NCBI GenBank assembly: GCA_963664295.1
Contig: OY760935.1
Span: 192,001-256,000, forward strand
Direction of reading: 5' to 3'
From: Candidatus Altimarinota bacterium
Lineage (GTDB): Bacteria > Patescibacteriota > Gracilibacteria > CAIRYL01 > GCA-016699755
DNA: 64,000 nucleotides
The notes under the pieces are model-generated. The model was not told the origin of the DNA. It saw only the letters and a program-made list of their open reading frames with translations, and made no database searches. Positions within the stretch are counted from its first letter, which is position 1. Each line of letters starts with the position of its first letter. Below, piece after piece: positions 1 to 9,686 of the stretch. The position numbers were made by a program, and so were the translations under genes.

Positions 1-2713
1 AGAATATAAAGTTATCTCTGGCAACTGGGTCAACAAAAATGTCACTTCGAGGATCAAAGAATAGGTAGGCGCGAATATTATTTGCAATAAGTATTTTTAA
101 GTTTTCAATTGCAGTGTTCATTGTTGTAATGTCAACACGATAGACCCTAAAGAACATTTCATTATTGAAATAAACCCCAAGTGATTCAAGTTCAACAAGT
201 GCATCAACAATAGCATCGTTCATTGCTAATTCTTTGAAATCAGGGTTGGTGTAATATTCAATAAGATCTAATATTTGAATATTATTTTCGTGTAGTTTTA
301 CAATGTTTCTCATGTATGACACATTTTGCAGAGCTTCGAGGCTAACACGTTCTACAATGTAATAAGGCACAACAACTCCTTCTGAGCTTAAAGTTGCAAG
401 AGCGCTTTGGACAGCAGGGTTACTTAGGTCGTCTGTGTCAAGCAAGTAAAGCATAGCAGTACTCACATCAACTCCTGCATTTTGTAATTCTATAAGTGCA
501 TTAACTTGAGCTTCACTATTATTATAATACATTTGTATGACCATTTGGTCATTGACATTACCTCCTGCATTTTGCAATGATTTAACAATGTTCATAAAGT
601 CAGCATCTTTCACTGAGGCTATTATTCTATTGATTCCACGAAGACCACTATTTATGCAATAATTTGTAATCTCAACTCCTTGTTCATGAAGAAGGAAAAC
701 AGCATCAATAAATTCGTTTGTAATATAATCCTTATTTCTTTCAACAATAGTTTTATCAAAATCTATTCCTTTTTCTAGAAAGCGTGAATAAATATTTTCA
801 GCTTCTTCAGAAATCACTATTTCAGCTTCAGGATTTTGTGCAAAAAATATTTCGGTTTTTGCTGTGTCTAAAATAGTGTCGTCTTTTGAATATAAATCTA
901 TTGTCACATAAAAGAATCCAGACCCAGACCCTATTGTTACAGGGAGCTGATTATTGCCATTATGAAGTTTTTTAAATAAGATTTGATCAACTTTGTCTCC
1001 ATTGTAAACATAACGATCTTTTGTTACTGATTTATTTCTATATACAGTGACAACTGCATACTTTGCGGATGGTAAATTTTCTGGATTATTAAGTGGCAAA
1101 TTAATGTGAAATTTTTCTCCTTCTGTGGCAATTTTTAAATTAGGGTTTTTATCACTAGTAGGCAAATCTGTTGTAAGCCGTTTAATTGTAATATAATCTT
1201 CTTTGTCGCCAACATGATCACAGTCTTCGTCGACTTGGATTTCTTTTTCACCAATTTCAAGTTGAGGGCTTAATGCATTGCCAGACTCATCAAAAGATTG
1301 AGCTGTGATACTAACTATTCCTGTAGCAGGGAAGAAAAGGTCATAATTACCACCTTCTGAGTAAGGTAGTTCCAATGTTTCAGTTCTCTCTCCATTACTT
1401 AGTGTGAATTTTATAGTTTGTCCAACATATTCTTCAGGAAGATTTAGTGTACATGTGAAGTTTCGGTAAAGACTAATTTGTTCATCAGAGACACCAGCAT
1501 TAAGTCCTTGTTTTCTATCATCAATTCCATTGCCATCTATATCTCCTCCGCTATTAAAACTGAAATCTTCAGAATCAAGATATTGACCATCTTGTGAATT
1601 AAAGAAATGAATAGTTCCATGTACTGGTCCTGTGCTGTCTACAGGTACTTCCACAGAATGATAAGCATGATTTTTGATCACAGTAGGATCTGTTTCTCTC
1701 CCTGTTGAGCTACCATCAGCATTTTTCCACTCAATATTCATTTCCACAAAATCAAGTTTTGTTTTGGAAAAAATACTGACATCAAAATTTACTGTTGCCA
1801 GCCCACCATTCACAATATCGGCAGTATCTACAGGATAAACTTTAACTCCATCGCGTATAGCTTCATTAATTTTGCCATCACCATCTGGGTCAAAATCAGG
1901 TTCGCCATCGCCATCAAGATCAGGTGCACCAAGCTTAAGGAAAACACCAGGCATAATTTCAACAGTTTGTGTTTCAGCTTCTGTGTTGATTGGAGCACAA
2001 GAGCCATCAAGGCAAACTTGATCAGGTGTTTCTGCATCGCCAGGCTCAAAAGTAATTTGCATATCAGAATCCAATCTTACATGTGTTATATCGCCGTCTG
2101 GATCTGTCACAGTAAAATCAATAAAATCAATATTTTCAAAAGTGATCTGATCTTCTTCATCTCTATCTTCATTGTATTGATCAATAATGTCTTGAATTGC
2201 AATTACGCCACCACCGTCACCATAAAACCAATGATTTAAAACAGTGCCATCTTTTAAAGTAATTGGTGTGTATCTGTCTATTGATGAGCCCGGACCTACT
2301 GTTAATTTGTCATTTTCAGATAGGGGACCAACAGCATTGCGCTCATCTGGATTGTCGTCATTATCAAGACCAAGTGTGCCAGCAATTTTTCTTGTATCAA
2401 TAGCTTTGCGAGCAATTTCACCAGCAGGATCAACAAAAAATAAACCTTTTGATGCAAGAAATTCAGCCATATTGCCATATTTATCTTGTAATATAGCTTG
2501 ATCGCCTTCGCTAGCCTGACTTAAAGGTGCTTTTGAAAGATTAGGAGCACCTGCTCCCTTTTGTGTTGGAAATTCAGCAGGTTCGCTGTCTTTACAGCCC
2601 GCATTTATAAGCATCATTGTACTTACACCAAGAATGCTAGCAGTTTTTAATGCTTGCTTTCCCATCTCTCTTTTTGTTTTAGGGGAATTGTTTGGTGTGT
2701 TTTTAGAATTCAT
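1..2713 (-). CDS. Large acidic predicted lipoprotein/surface protein (>900 aa, 3' end outside window)
   Basis: Not in the ORF track because it runs off the window. Manual translation from ATG at 2713 gives MNSKNTPNNSPKTKREMGKQALKTASILGVSTMMLINAG-C, a basic N-region, hydrophobic stretch and lipobox-like NAGC. It contains DLDGDGEPDFDPDGDGKINE and DIDGNGIDD. The frame was open wherever checked, down to position 2. Confidence 0.75.
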   Translation of the reverse strand, partial: MNSKNTPNNSPKTKREMGKQALKTASILGVSTMMLINAGCKDSEPAEFPTQKGAGAPNLSKAPLSQASEGDQAILQDKYGNMAEFLASKGLFFVDPAGEIARKAIDTRKIAGTLGLDNDDNPDERNAVGPLSENDKLTVGPGSSIDRYTPITLKDGTVLNHWFYGDGGGVIAIQDIIDQYNEDRDEEDQITFENIDFIDFTVTDPDGDITHVRLDSDMQITFEPGDAETPDQVCLDGSCAPINTEAETQTVEIMPGVFLKLGAPDLDGDGEPDFDPDGDGKINEAIRDGVKVYPVDTADIVNGGLATVNFDVSIFSKTKLDFVEMNIEWKNADGSSTGRETDPTVIKNHAYHSVEVPVDSTGPVHGTIHFFNSQDGQYLDSEDFSFNSGGDIDGNGIDDRKQGLNAGVSDEQISLYRNFTCTLNLPEEYVGQTIKFTLSNGERTETLELPYSEGGNYDLFFPATGIVSITAQSFDESGNALSPQLEIGEKEIQVDEDCDHVGDKEDYITIKRLTTDLPTSDKNPNLKIATEGEKFHINLPLNNPENLPSAKYAVVTVYRNKSVTKDRYVYNGDKVDQILFKKLHNGNNQLPVTIGSGSGFFYVTIDLYSKDDTILDTAKTEIFFAQNPEAEIVISEEAENIYSRFLEKGIDFDKTIVERNKDYITNEFIDAVFLLHEQGVEITNYCINSGLRGINRIIASVKDADFMNIVKSLQNAGGNVNDQMVIQMYYNNSEAQVNALIELQNAGVDVSTAMLYLLDTDDLSNPAVQSALATLSSEGVVVPYYIVERVSLEALQNVSYMRNIVKLHENNIQILDLIEYYTNPDFKELAMNDAIVDALVELESLGVYFNNEMFFRVYRVDITTMNTAIENLKILIANNIRAYLFFDPRSDIFVDPVARDNFIF

Positions 2714-2735
2714 TTTTAATGGTTTAAAAATTAAA

Positions 2736-2772
2736 AGTATAGCATAATAAAATATAAACTTAATTTTGTCAA
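2736..2772 (-). promoter_or_regulatory. sigma70-type promoter(s) of the lipoprotein gene
   Basis: Minus strand reads TTGACA-N17-TATTAT (2772-2744), plus an overlapping extended -10 TGcTATACT (2744-2736). Confidence 0.55.
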
Positions 2773-2876
2773 GACTTTTTCTTAAAAAAAGATTTTTTAG
2801 AGTAAAACAAGTATAAATTCCCTTGCAAAAAAGGTAAAGTTTATGCGAAACTTACATTCGCATTTTTTTATCTCTA

Positions 2877-3056
2877 ATGAAATCCGTAAAGAATTATTTT
2901 CAAGAAGCTATACACGAACTAAGGCAAGTGCAATGGCCTACAAAAAACCAAACAATAAGAATATCTGTAATTACAATTATTTTTGTGTTTGCGAGTGCTA
3001 TTCTTATTGGCTTGCTTGATTTACTTTTAGGTGATTTATTTTTCTTAATTCGATGA
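2877..3056 (+). CDS. secE: Preprotein translocase subunit SecE (59 aa)
   Basis: Manual translation MKSVKNYFQEAIHELRQVQWPTKNQTIRISVITIIFV...; EL-x-x-V-x-WP motif, one TM helix, ATGA overlap with nusG; below the ORF-track cutoff. Confidence 0.92.
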   Translation: MKSVKNYFQEAIHELRQVQWPTKNQTIRISVITIIFVFASAILIGLLDLLLGDLFFLIR

Positions 3057-3844
3057 ACGACGACAAACAAATTCAAAATGAACAGGAGCTTCAAGAACAA
3101 GAAGCACAAACTGAAGAAAATACTAGCTCAGAGCCAGTATTAGAAGAGCAAGCTGAAGAAAGCAATGAAACAAATGAAGAAATAAGTGAAAATGAGCCTA
3201 GTTCTGTGGAGATAGATGAGCAAGAAACAAAAGAAAAAGAGGAAGTAAGTCCTTCTTCTATTTTTCAGCAAGATGAAACAGGAGGAATGGAGCTAAAAAA
3301 AGGCAGACAAGATCCTTCCCAAGGTCGCAATTGGTATGCAATTCACACTTACTCTGGCTATGAAGATGCAGTAGAAAAAGCCCTAAGACAAAGAATAGAC
3401 AGCATGAACATGCAAGATAAAATATTTAATGTAGTAGTTCCAAAAGAAACAGAAATTATCCTCAGAAAAGGCAAGCCAGTTCAAAAGAAAAAATGTATTT
3501 TCCCAGGTTATGTCCTTGTGGAAATGGTTGTGACTGATGATTCTTGGTATGTTGTGCGTAATACTCCAAATGTCACTGGTTTTGTTGGCTCTGGCACTAT
3601 TCCAGTGCCTGTCACGCCAGAAGAATTTGGATTAGTAAAAGACCGCATGGGAACAGAAGAGCCAAAATTCAAAGCAGACTTCAAAAAAGGCGATATTGTC
3701 AAAATTATCGACGGACCATTTGCCACTTTCGAAGGTGTTGTTGATGTTGTTAATGAAGAAAAAGGTAAATTAAAAGTATTAGTGACTATTTTTGACAGAG
3801 AAACGCCTGTTGAACTTGCTTTTAATCAAGTTAAAAAGAAATAA
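3053..3844 (+). CDS. nusG: Transcription factor NusG with long acidic N-terminal extension
   Basis: WYAIHTYSGYE, FPGYVLVEM, VRNTPNVTGFVG, KOW GDIVKIIDGPFATFEG, IFDRETPVEL. Confidence 0.97.
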   Translation: MNDDKQIQNEQELQEQEAQTEENTSSEPVLEEQAEESNETNEEISENEPSSVEIDEQETKEKEEVSPSSIFQQDETGGMELKKGRQDPSQGRNWYAIHTYSGYEDAVEKALRQRIDSMNMQDKIFNVVVPKETEIILRKGKPVQKKKCIFPGYVLVEMVVTDDSWYVVRNTPNVTGFVGSGTIPVPVTPEEFGLVKDRMGTEEPKFKADFKKGDIVKIIDGPFATFEGVVDVVNEEKGKLKVLVTIFDRETPVELAFNQVKKK

Positions 3845-3846
3845 TC

Positions 3847-4464
3847 ATGTCTAAAAAAGTTATTTTTTTAATTTTATTACTTGTCTGTGGAGTTTTTGCA
3901 ACTTTAGAGTTTCTTATTTCACCTCCGCAAACAAGCTCATTAAACAAAAATAACGAAAACATAGAACAAGAAGCAGGAAATAAGTCCATTCCGTATTTAA
4001 AAGGATTTAAAATTTCTGATTTTAGCACAGTTGAATTTGCAGATTTATCAATAGAAGAGCTGAAATTTGCAGACACTTTATTTAAAAGTGTTTCCCTTGC
4101 AACTTTAAATGAAGAATTTTCAGCCTCAAGTGCTCTGATTAAATCAGAAGGGGATACAGTAGTAAAAATTACTGAATTTCATGCTAAAAAAAATATAACC
4201 AGTGCAAAATTATTTGAAATGATTAAATCTCATCTTTATGAAAACATTCCTGAAGATGATAAAAACACAATAATAATTAACCAAACTGATTCATTTGGTG
4301 AACATTCTTTTTATTTTAATAACAAAAAAAATCATCCAGGAATGGTATTTTTAGTAGTAAAAGGTCACAACAAAGTCATGGCTTTTGAATACCAAGAAGA
4401 AGATCACGATAAAATTTCTTTGGCAATAAATAATATTTTTAAAAACGAGATTGACTTTTTATAA
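3847..4464 (+). CDS. Hypothetical membrane-anchored/exported protein
   Basis: 205-aa ORF with N-terminal hydrophobic helix, 2 nt after the nusG stop. Confidence 0.7.
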   Translation: MSKKVIFLILLLVCGVFATLEFLISPPQTSSLNKNNENIEQEAGNKSIPYLKGFKISDFSTVEFADLSIEELKFADTLFKSVSLATLNEEFSASSALIKSEGDTVVKITEFHAKKNITSAKLFEMIKSHLYENIPEDDKNTIIINQTDSFGEHSFYFNNKKNHPGMVFLVVKGHNKVMAFEYQEEDHDKISLAINNIFKNEIDFL

Positions 4465-4478
4465 TTGAAAGGTATAAT
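4451..4478 (+). promoter_or_regulatory. sigma70 promoter for rplK
   Basis: TTGACT-N16-TATAAT, ending 23 nt upstream of the rplK ATG. Confidence 0.6.
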
Positions 4479-4501
4479 TTTTTGGCTTTTGAATATAAAA
4501 T

Positions 4502-4927
4502 ATGGCAAAAAAAGTAACAAAAATTATTAAATTGCAGGCGCCAGCAGGCAAAGCAAATCCAGCACCTCCTTTAGGTCCGGTTTTAGGTGCAGCTGGTATT
4601 CAGATCCAAGATTTCTGCAGTCAATTTAACGATAAAACAAAAGAAATGGGCAACACTATTGTTCCTGTTGTATTAACAGTGTACGAAGATCGCTCTTTTT
4701 CTTTTATTCTTAAGTCTCCTCCTGCTGCAGTATTGATCAAAAAAGCAATCAATCTAAAATCAGGTAGTGCAAAACCACATTTAGACAAAGTTGGCTCAAT
4801 TAATAGAGCTCAACTAGAAGAAATTGCAAAGACAAAAATGGATGATTTAAGCGCAAACGACATGGATGCCGCCGTAAAAATAATTGCAGGTACTGCTCGT
4901 AGTATGGGCGTAAAAGTCGAAGGATAA
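4502..4927 (+). CDS. rplK: 50S ribosomal protein L11
   Basis: [33 protein letters not shown]. Confidence 0.98.
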   Translation: MAKKVTKIIKLQAPAGKANPAPPLGPVLGAAGIQIQDFCSQFNDKTKEMGNTIVPVVLTVYEDRSFSFILKSPPAAVLIKKAINLKSGSAKPHLDKVGSINRAQLEEIAKTKMDDLSANDMDAAVKIIAGTARSMGVKVEG

Positions 4928-4940
4928 AACAGTTTTTATT

Positions 4941-4975
4941 GTGGGACTTTGTTGTTTAACAAAGGCTTGCACCAC
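4941..4975 (+). promoter_or_regulatory. Putative ribosomal protein L1-binding mRNA operator
   Basis: GTGGGA-CTTTGTT-gttt-AACAAAG-GCTTGC-ACCAC: outer GTGG/CCAC stem, GGA internal loop and inner hairpin, resembling the GTGGGAG...ACCAC site found between rplK and rplA in Firmicutes. Confidence 0.6.
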
Positions 4976-4989
4976 TTTTAATTAAAAAC

Positions 4990-5358
4990 ATGAAAATTTT
5001 AAAACTAATACAAGCAATTTTCTTGTATATCACAGCACTTATTGGTGTTATTTTGGTAACAATCGGTACAGTAAGTCTCATTGATTACGGTATTGAGACT
5101 TACATTTTTGGTATTCGAGAAAACACAAGCTATATAAATAGAACTTGTGAGCATCCAAAATACATAAATGGTGAAGAAATTGAACGCACAACAGAAGAAA
5201 TTGCAGAATGTAAAGAGCAAGAAAAAGAAAGCGCAAAAGAAGATTGGAAATATCAATCTGCCCGCAGAATATCAAACAATATAGCCTTACTTATTGTTGG
5301 TATTCCTCTTTGGATTTGGGGCTGGCGCACAGGTAGAAAAGCCACAAAAAAAGATTAA
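4990..5358 (+). CDS. Hypothetical two-TM membrane protein between rplK and rplA
   Basis: N-terminal TM, charged loop, C-terminal TM (IALLIVGIPLWIWGW). Confidence 0.75.
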   Translation: MKILKLIQAIFLYITALIGVILVTIGTVSLIDYGIETYIFGIRENTSYINRTCEHPKYINGEEIERTTEEIAECKEQEKESAKEDWKYQSARRISNNIALLIVGIPLWIWGWRTGRKATKKD

Positions 5359-5382
5359 TTTAAAATTTAACTTATAATAATT

Positions 5383-6081
5383 ATGAAAAAATTTGGAAAA
5401 AATTATCGCCAAGTAAGTGAAAAACTTGAAAAAGGCAAGGTGTACACACTGGCTGAAGCTATGAAATTAGCCACAGAAACATCAACAACAAAATTTGATG
5501 CAACTGTAGAAATTCATGTAAATACTGGCACAGACCCAAAACATGCTGATCAGATTGTTCGTGATACTGTTGTACCTCCGCATGGCACTGGTAAGTCTCA
5601 GCGTATTGCTGTTTTTTGTGATGATACTAAGGCTGATGAAGCAAAAAAAGCAGGTGCTGAGGTAGTTGGATTAGAAGATCTTGTTGAAAAAGTTTTAAAA
5701 GGTGATATTGACTTTGATGTAGCCATTGCTCAGTCATCTGTTATGAAAGATATTGCCAAAGCTGCCAAAGTTCTTGGGCCAAAAGGCCTAATGCCTAGTC
5801 CAAAATCTGGCACAGTGACAGAAGACATTAAAAAAGCAGTAGAAGAAATTAAAAAAGGAAAAATTGAATTTAGAAATGATAAAGCAGGAATAGTTCACTC
5901 AATTCTTGGTAAAGTTTCTTTTGGTGACAAAAAACTTCTCGAAAATGCACAAGTTTTCATGCGCGCTTTAGTTGATGCAAAACCATCTGGAATAAAAGGT
6001 GTTTATTTAAAGAAAATTACTGTCACAACTTCTATGGGACCTGGTATTAGTGTTGATATTTTTTCTGCAACACAAGGGTAA
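5383..6081 (+). CDS. rplA: 50S ribosomal protein L1
   Basis: [38 protein letters not shown]. Confidence 0.98.
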   Translation: MKKFGKNYRQVSEKLEKGKVYTLAEAMKLATETSTTKFDATVEIHVNTGTDPKHADQIVRDTVVPPHGTGKSQRIAVFCDDTKADEAKKAGAEVVGLEDLVEKVLKGDIDFDVAIAQSSVMKDIAKAAKVLGPKGLMPSPKSGTVTEDIKKAVEEIKKGKIEFRNDKAGIVHSILGKVSFGDKKLLENAQVFMRALVDAKPSGIKGVYLKKITVTTSMGPGISVDIFSATQG

Positions 6082-6102
6082 GTTTATAAAAATCGTAAAC
6101 TT

Positions 6103-6132
6103 AAAAGCCACTGTTTATAAGTGGCTTTTTTT
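6103..6132 (+). terminator. Intrinsic terminator after rplA
   Basis: AAAAGCCACT-gtttata-AGTGGCTTTTTTT hairpin plus U-tract. Confidence 0.75.
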
Positions 6133-6149
6133 AATCTATAATATTTTTG

Positions 6150-7166
6150 ATGAAAAAGAAGAAAGTCTTAATCGGGTTATCAGGCGGAATAGATTCATTT
6201 GTATCAGCATTATTATTGCAAAAGCAGGGATATGAAGTAATAGGTGTATATTTTATGACAACAAAAAACCAAAAATTAGCAGAAAAAGCTCAAGAAGTAG
6301 CAAAAAAATTAAAAATAAAACTAATTATAATGAATACAGTTGAATTATTTTCAAAAACAATAATTCAAGATTTTTTAGAGCAATATAAACAAGGTTTAAC
6401 CCCAAATCCTTGTGTTTTTTGCAATCGCATATTCAAGTTTCAGTTATTACTAGAAGCGCAAAAAGAATTTAAAACCGACTACATAGCCACAGGACACTAT
6501 GTAATTAAAAAAGAAAACAAATTATATCGAGCAAAAGATAAAAATAAAGATCAAAGTTTTTTTCTTGCCCGCTTAACAGAAAAAGAGACAGAAAATGCAC
6601 TTTTTCCATTAGGAGAACTCACAAAATCCGAAGTAAAAGAAATAGCAAAAAAAGAAGGTTTCAAAGAAATAAGCACAGAAAAAGAAAGTCAAGATTTATG
6701 CTTTATTGAAGGTGAGACAATAGATTTTTTAAGAAAAAATTTACCAAAAAATAATCAAAAAAAAGGCAAAATAATAAATTGGCAAACAAAAGAAGAAATA
6801 GGTGAACATGAAGGCATTTTTTCTGTCACAATCGGACAAAGAGCAAAAATAGGTGGGCAAAAAAATCCTTTATTCATAAAAAAAATAGATTTAGAAAAAA
6901 ACATTGTTTATGTAGCAGAAGATAGTGAGTTGTATGGGCAGAAAATGGAATTAAGTCAGACAAATTGGCTACAAAAGCCAAAGCAAAAAGAAGTTTTAGT
7001 TCAATTAAGACATAGAGCTAAACCAATAGAAGCAAAAATAAAAATATTAGCTGATAATAAGGTAAGAATAGAATTTGCAGAACCAGTAAGAGCAATAACG
7101 CCAGGACAATCAGTAGCAATTTACAATGGCGATCAGCTCTTAGGAGGTGGAGTAATTACAAAATAA
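6150..7166 (+). CDS. mnmA: tRNA 2-thiouridylase MnmA
   Basis: SGGIDS, TPNPCVFCN, IATGHY, KDQSFFL, ESQDLCF, AITPGQ; ATG at 6150 preferred over TTG at 6147. Confidence 0.96.
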   Translation: MKKKKVLIGLSGGIDSFVSALLLQKQGYEVIGVYFMTTKNQKLAEKAQEVAKKLKIKLIIMNTVELFSKTIIQDFLEQYKQGLTPNPCVFCNRIFKFQLLLEAQKEFKTDYIATGHYVIKKENKLYRAKDKNKDQSFFLARLTEKETENALFPLGELTKSEVKEIAKKEGFKEISTEKESQDLCFIEGETIDFLRKNLPKNNQKKGKIINWQTKEEIGEHEGIFSVTIGQRAKIGGQKNPLFIKKIDLEKNIVYVAEDSELYGQKMELSQTNWLQKPKQKEVLVQLRHRAKPIEAKIKILADNKVRIEFAEPVRAITPGQSVAIYNGDQLLGGGVITK

Positions 7167-7178
7167 TAAATAAAAGCT

Positions 7179-7404
7179 TGTCATAAGTTTGGTTCAGAAT
7201 TTTTTGTGATCATTACTACTTAATAGTCTGAATAGTGTCTTTGATTCTGTCATTCCGAGTCCACCTCTTGCTGTTGTCATCCTGAGCGAAGCGAAGGATC
7301 TCCCGTAGTCATTACTACACAATCACCCAAGGTAGAACCTGAGCGCATGGCAAAGGAGAGCCGGACTGGCAAGTTCGCCGTGACGAATCAAGCTCGCAAT
7401 GACA
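7179..7404. repeat. Palindromic REP/REPIN-like element cluster A
   Basis: TGTCATCCTGAGCGAAGCGAAGGATCT, 57-nt core, ...CAATGACA, with decayed copies upstream; shared with four other loci; lies between convergent mnmA and uvrC. Confidence 0.85.
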
Positions 7405-7412
7405 AAAAATAA

Positions 7413-9686
7413 TTACAAATTCTCTCTAATGGCAATAAGCCCTTTTTTGCCAATTAGATTTTCAATTTCTTCATCATTAGCACTTCTAATGCCAGCTACA
7501 TTGCCAAAATTTTGTAAAAGAATTTTTCGCTTAGCAGAGCCAATTCCAGGCACAGAGTCTAGGGCAGATTTTTTACTATTTTTTTCTCGCAAATTACGAT
7601 TAAAAGAAATAGCAAAACGATGAGCCTCATCACGAATATTTTGTAATAAATGACCGGCAGGGGAGTTTTTTGCAATATTAACAGGAGTTTTTTTATTTTC
7701 CACAAAAACCTCTTCTTCTTTTTTTGCAAGAGAGCAAAAAGGCACATTGAGATCAAATTTCTTAAAAGCCTTTAATGCAGAGCTGAGTTGCCCTTTGCCA
7801 CCGTCAATTAAGATCAAGTCAGGCAAGGCATTAAAACTAGCGTCTTTTTTCTTTTTTACATGAACCATATAAGGATTACTATTATCACAATCACGCTCTT
7901 TAAGGGAACAAACTTGTTTAATAAACACCTCTGGTGTTTTGCGAATATGCTCAAAGCCTAATTTCTCTAGATATTCAATTGATTTTTGACCAAATGAAGC
8001 CAATTTATATATTTTTTTTGCTTTGGTTTTATTTAAAACATGACGCACAAGAAAATCAGACAATTTTTTGCCCCGAAATTTAGGAAAAATAAATAAATCA
8101 GTAATTAAATGAATATTTTCTTTTTCAAATATCTTTTCTTGTACAAAACCAGCAATTTTTTTTTCTTTTTTAAGTACATAAAAATTATCAGGTTTTAGTT
8201 TTTTATTTTTTAATTCCTTTTTAATTTCTTCAAAATCTTTTTTTCCTGCTTTGCGAATAGAAAAACCTTTTAGTAGAGGCTGAGGAAGCTTCTGAAAGCG
8301 CCTGCTGATTACTTCTTCTATGGCAGAAAAATCATCAATTTTACCTTTTTCCAGAGTTTTTATTTTAAATTTACGGTAGTGTGCTTTTTCTGCTTCACCA
8401 TTAACAAAAACAACCATACTGCCGACTGTTTCTGTGCCAGAAAGATGCGAGATATCATAAGCCTCAATTCGCTTGGGAATATCCTTTAAGCTTAATTTTT
8501 TTTGTAATTCTTTTAATTCTTCATCGTGGTTTTTTTCTTTTTTCATAAAACTTGGCGCGTTTTTGCGAGCATAATTTTCCGCATTTTTTTTCGCCAAATC
8601 CAAGAGTGACTTTTTTTTGCCTTTTTGTGGCAAGACAATTTCTGTTTTTAAATAATCTTCCCAGCCTGCTTTTTCTTTTGCAGACAATATTTCAGGGTCA
8701 AGCACGATAATTTTTGGTATTTCCTGGGTTTTTTCCGGATAATTTCGCAAAAAAGCAGACAAAGACTCAAAAAGATTTTCCCCAAGAGGAATTACAAAAT
8801 CTTCTGAGCCAATTATACGTCCATCGCGAATTTGAAAAAGGTGAAAAAAAGCCTGATCAAATTTTTCAATAAGCCCAAGCACATCAGCACTAAAACCAGA
8901 AGCATCGGCTGCAAATTGTTTTTCAGAAATATTTTCAACAGCTAGCATTAAATCTCTTTTTTGTGCTGCTTCTTCAAAATTTTTATTCTCAGCACTTTTC
9001 ATCATGTCAGCTTTTATTTGCTTGAGAATATCCCCAGTTTGTCCACTAAGAAAGCGCATAGCTGTTTTTACATTTTTTTGATATTGTTCTTTGTTGATAT
9101 TGCCTATACAAGGTGCTTCGCAGTGTTTTATGTGATATTCAAGGCAAGGTATTTTTTGAGCACTTTGTTTTTTGATACCTATTTCTCCATTTTTTTCTTT
9201 AATTTCTAGTCTGCAAGTACGAAATTTAAAAAGCCCTTGAAGCATGTCTATTGTTTTTTTTGCTGAGTTTGAGGAAGTTTTTGGTCCAAAATATTTTGCA
9301 CCATCATTTGTAATTCTGCGCACCAACAAAAGCCTAGGAAAATCCTCCTGCACAGTAAATTTAATAAATTGAAAAGTTTTATCATCACGCAGAAGAATAT
9401 TGTATTTTGGTTGTAATTCTTTGATTAAGTTATTTTCCAGCACTAAAGCCTCTGGTTCATTGGAGGTTTCAATAAAATCAACATTCACAGTATTTTCTGC
9501 CAATTTTTTTGCTCTTGGCGAGGTATATTGCCCGCTTAAATGATTTTTTATTCGCTCTTGTATATTTACTGCTTTGCCAATATAAATAATATTACCTTTT
9601 TCATCTTTTAGCTGATAAACACCTGTTTTTTTGGGCAGGGATTTTATTATTTTTTGATGGATTTTTTTAAGATCTTTTTCTTTCAT
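7413..9686 (-). CDS. uvrC: Excinuclease ABC subunit C with internal GNAT-like insertion
   Basis: GIY-YIG (GVYQLKD..IYIGKA..R), PKYNILLRDDK, UVR (FEEAAQKRD), EAYDISH, LIDGGKGQ, RDEAHRFA, HhH (PGIG); start MKEKDL at 9686 preferred. Confidence 0.95.
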   Translation of the reverse strand: MKEKDLKKIHQKIIKSLPKKTGVYQLKDEKGNIIYIGKAVNIQERIKNHLSGQYTSPRAKKLAENTVNVDFIETSNEPEALVLENNLIKELQPKYNILLRDDKTFQFIKFTVQEDFPRLLLVRRITNDGAKYFGPKTSSNSAKKTIDMLQGLFKFRTCRLEIKEKNGEIGIKKQSAQKIPCLEYHIKHCEAPCIGNINKEQYQKNVKTAMRFLSGQTGDILKQIKADMMKSAENKNFEEAAQKRDLMLAVENISEKQFAADASGFSADVLGLIEKFDQAFFHLFQIRDGRIIGSEDFVIPLGENLFESLSAFLRNYPEKTQEIPKIIVLDPEILSAKEKAGWEDYLKTEIVLPQKGKKKSLLDLAKKNAENYARKNAPSFMKKEKNHDEELKELQKKLSLKDIPKRIEAYDISHLSGTETVGSMVVFVNGEAEKAHYRKFKIKTLEKGKIDDFSAIEEVISRRFQKLPQPLLKGFSIRKAGKKDFEEIKKELKNKKLKPDNFYVLKKEKKIAGFVQEKIFEKENIHLITDLFIFPKFRGKKLSDFLVRHVLNKTKAKKIYKLASFGQKSIEYLEKLGFEHIRKTPEVFIKQVCSLKERDCDNSNPYMVHVKKKKDASFNALPDLILIDGGKGQLSSALKAFKKFDLNVPFCSLAKKEEEVFVENKKTPVNIAKNSPAGHLLQNIRDEAHRFAISFNRNLREKNSKKSALDSVPGIGSAKRKILLQNFGNVAGIRSANDEEIENLIGKKGLIAIRENL

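Noticed and set aside
1828-2501. Short track ORFs at 1828, 1967 and 2244
   Set aside because: They are off-frame or antisense shadows of the long minus-strand lipoprotein ORF.
2780-2876. tRNA-Trp expected upstream of secE
   Set aside because: No cloverleaf or T-loop motif in this AT-rich spacer.
7302-7358. The repeat core reads as a plausible peptide (PVVITTQSPKVEPERMAKE / PVVITVELPKAELERMAKE) with some synonymous-looking changes
   Set aside because: There is no start codon, one copy has an in-frame TAA (21040-21042) and most differences are non-synonymous. Fixed length is better explained by a spacing constraint, though origin from a captured gene fragment is not excluded.
9300-9686. UvrC GIY-YIG domain as the mobiliser of the adjacent repeats
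   Set aside because: It is the canonical UvrC domain; being next to one of five clusters is not evidence.
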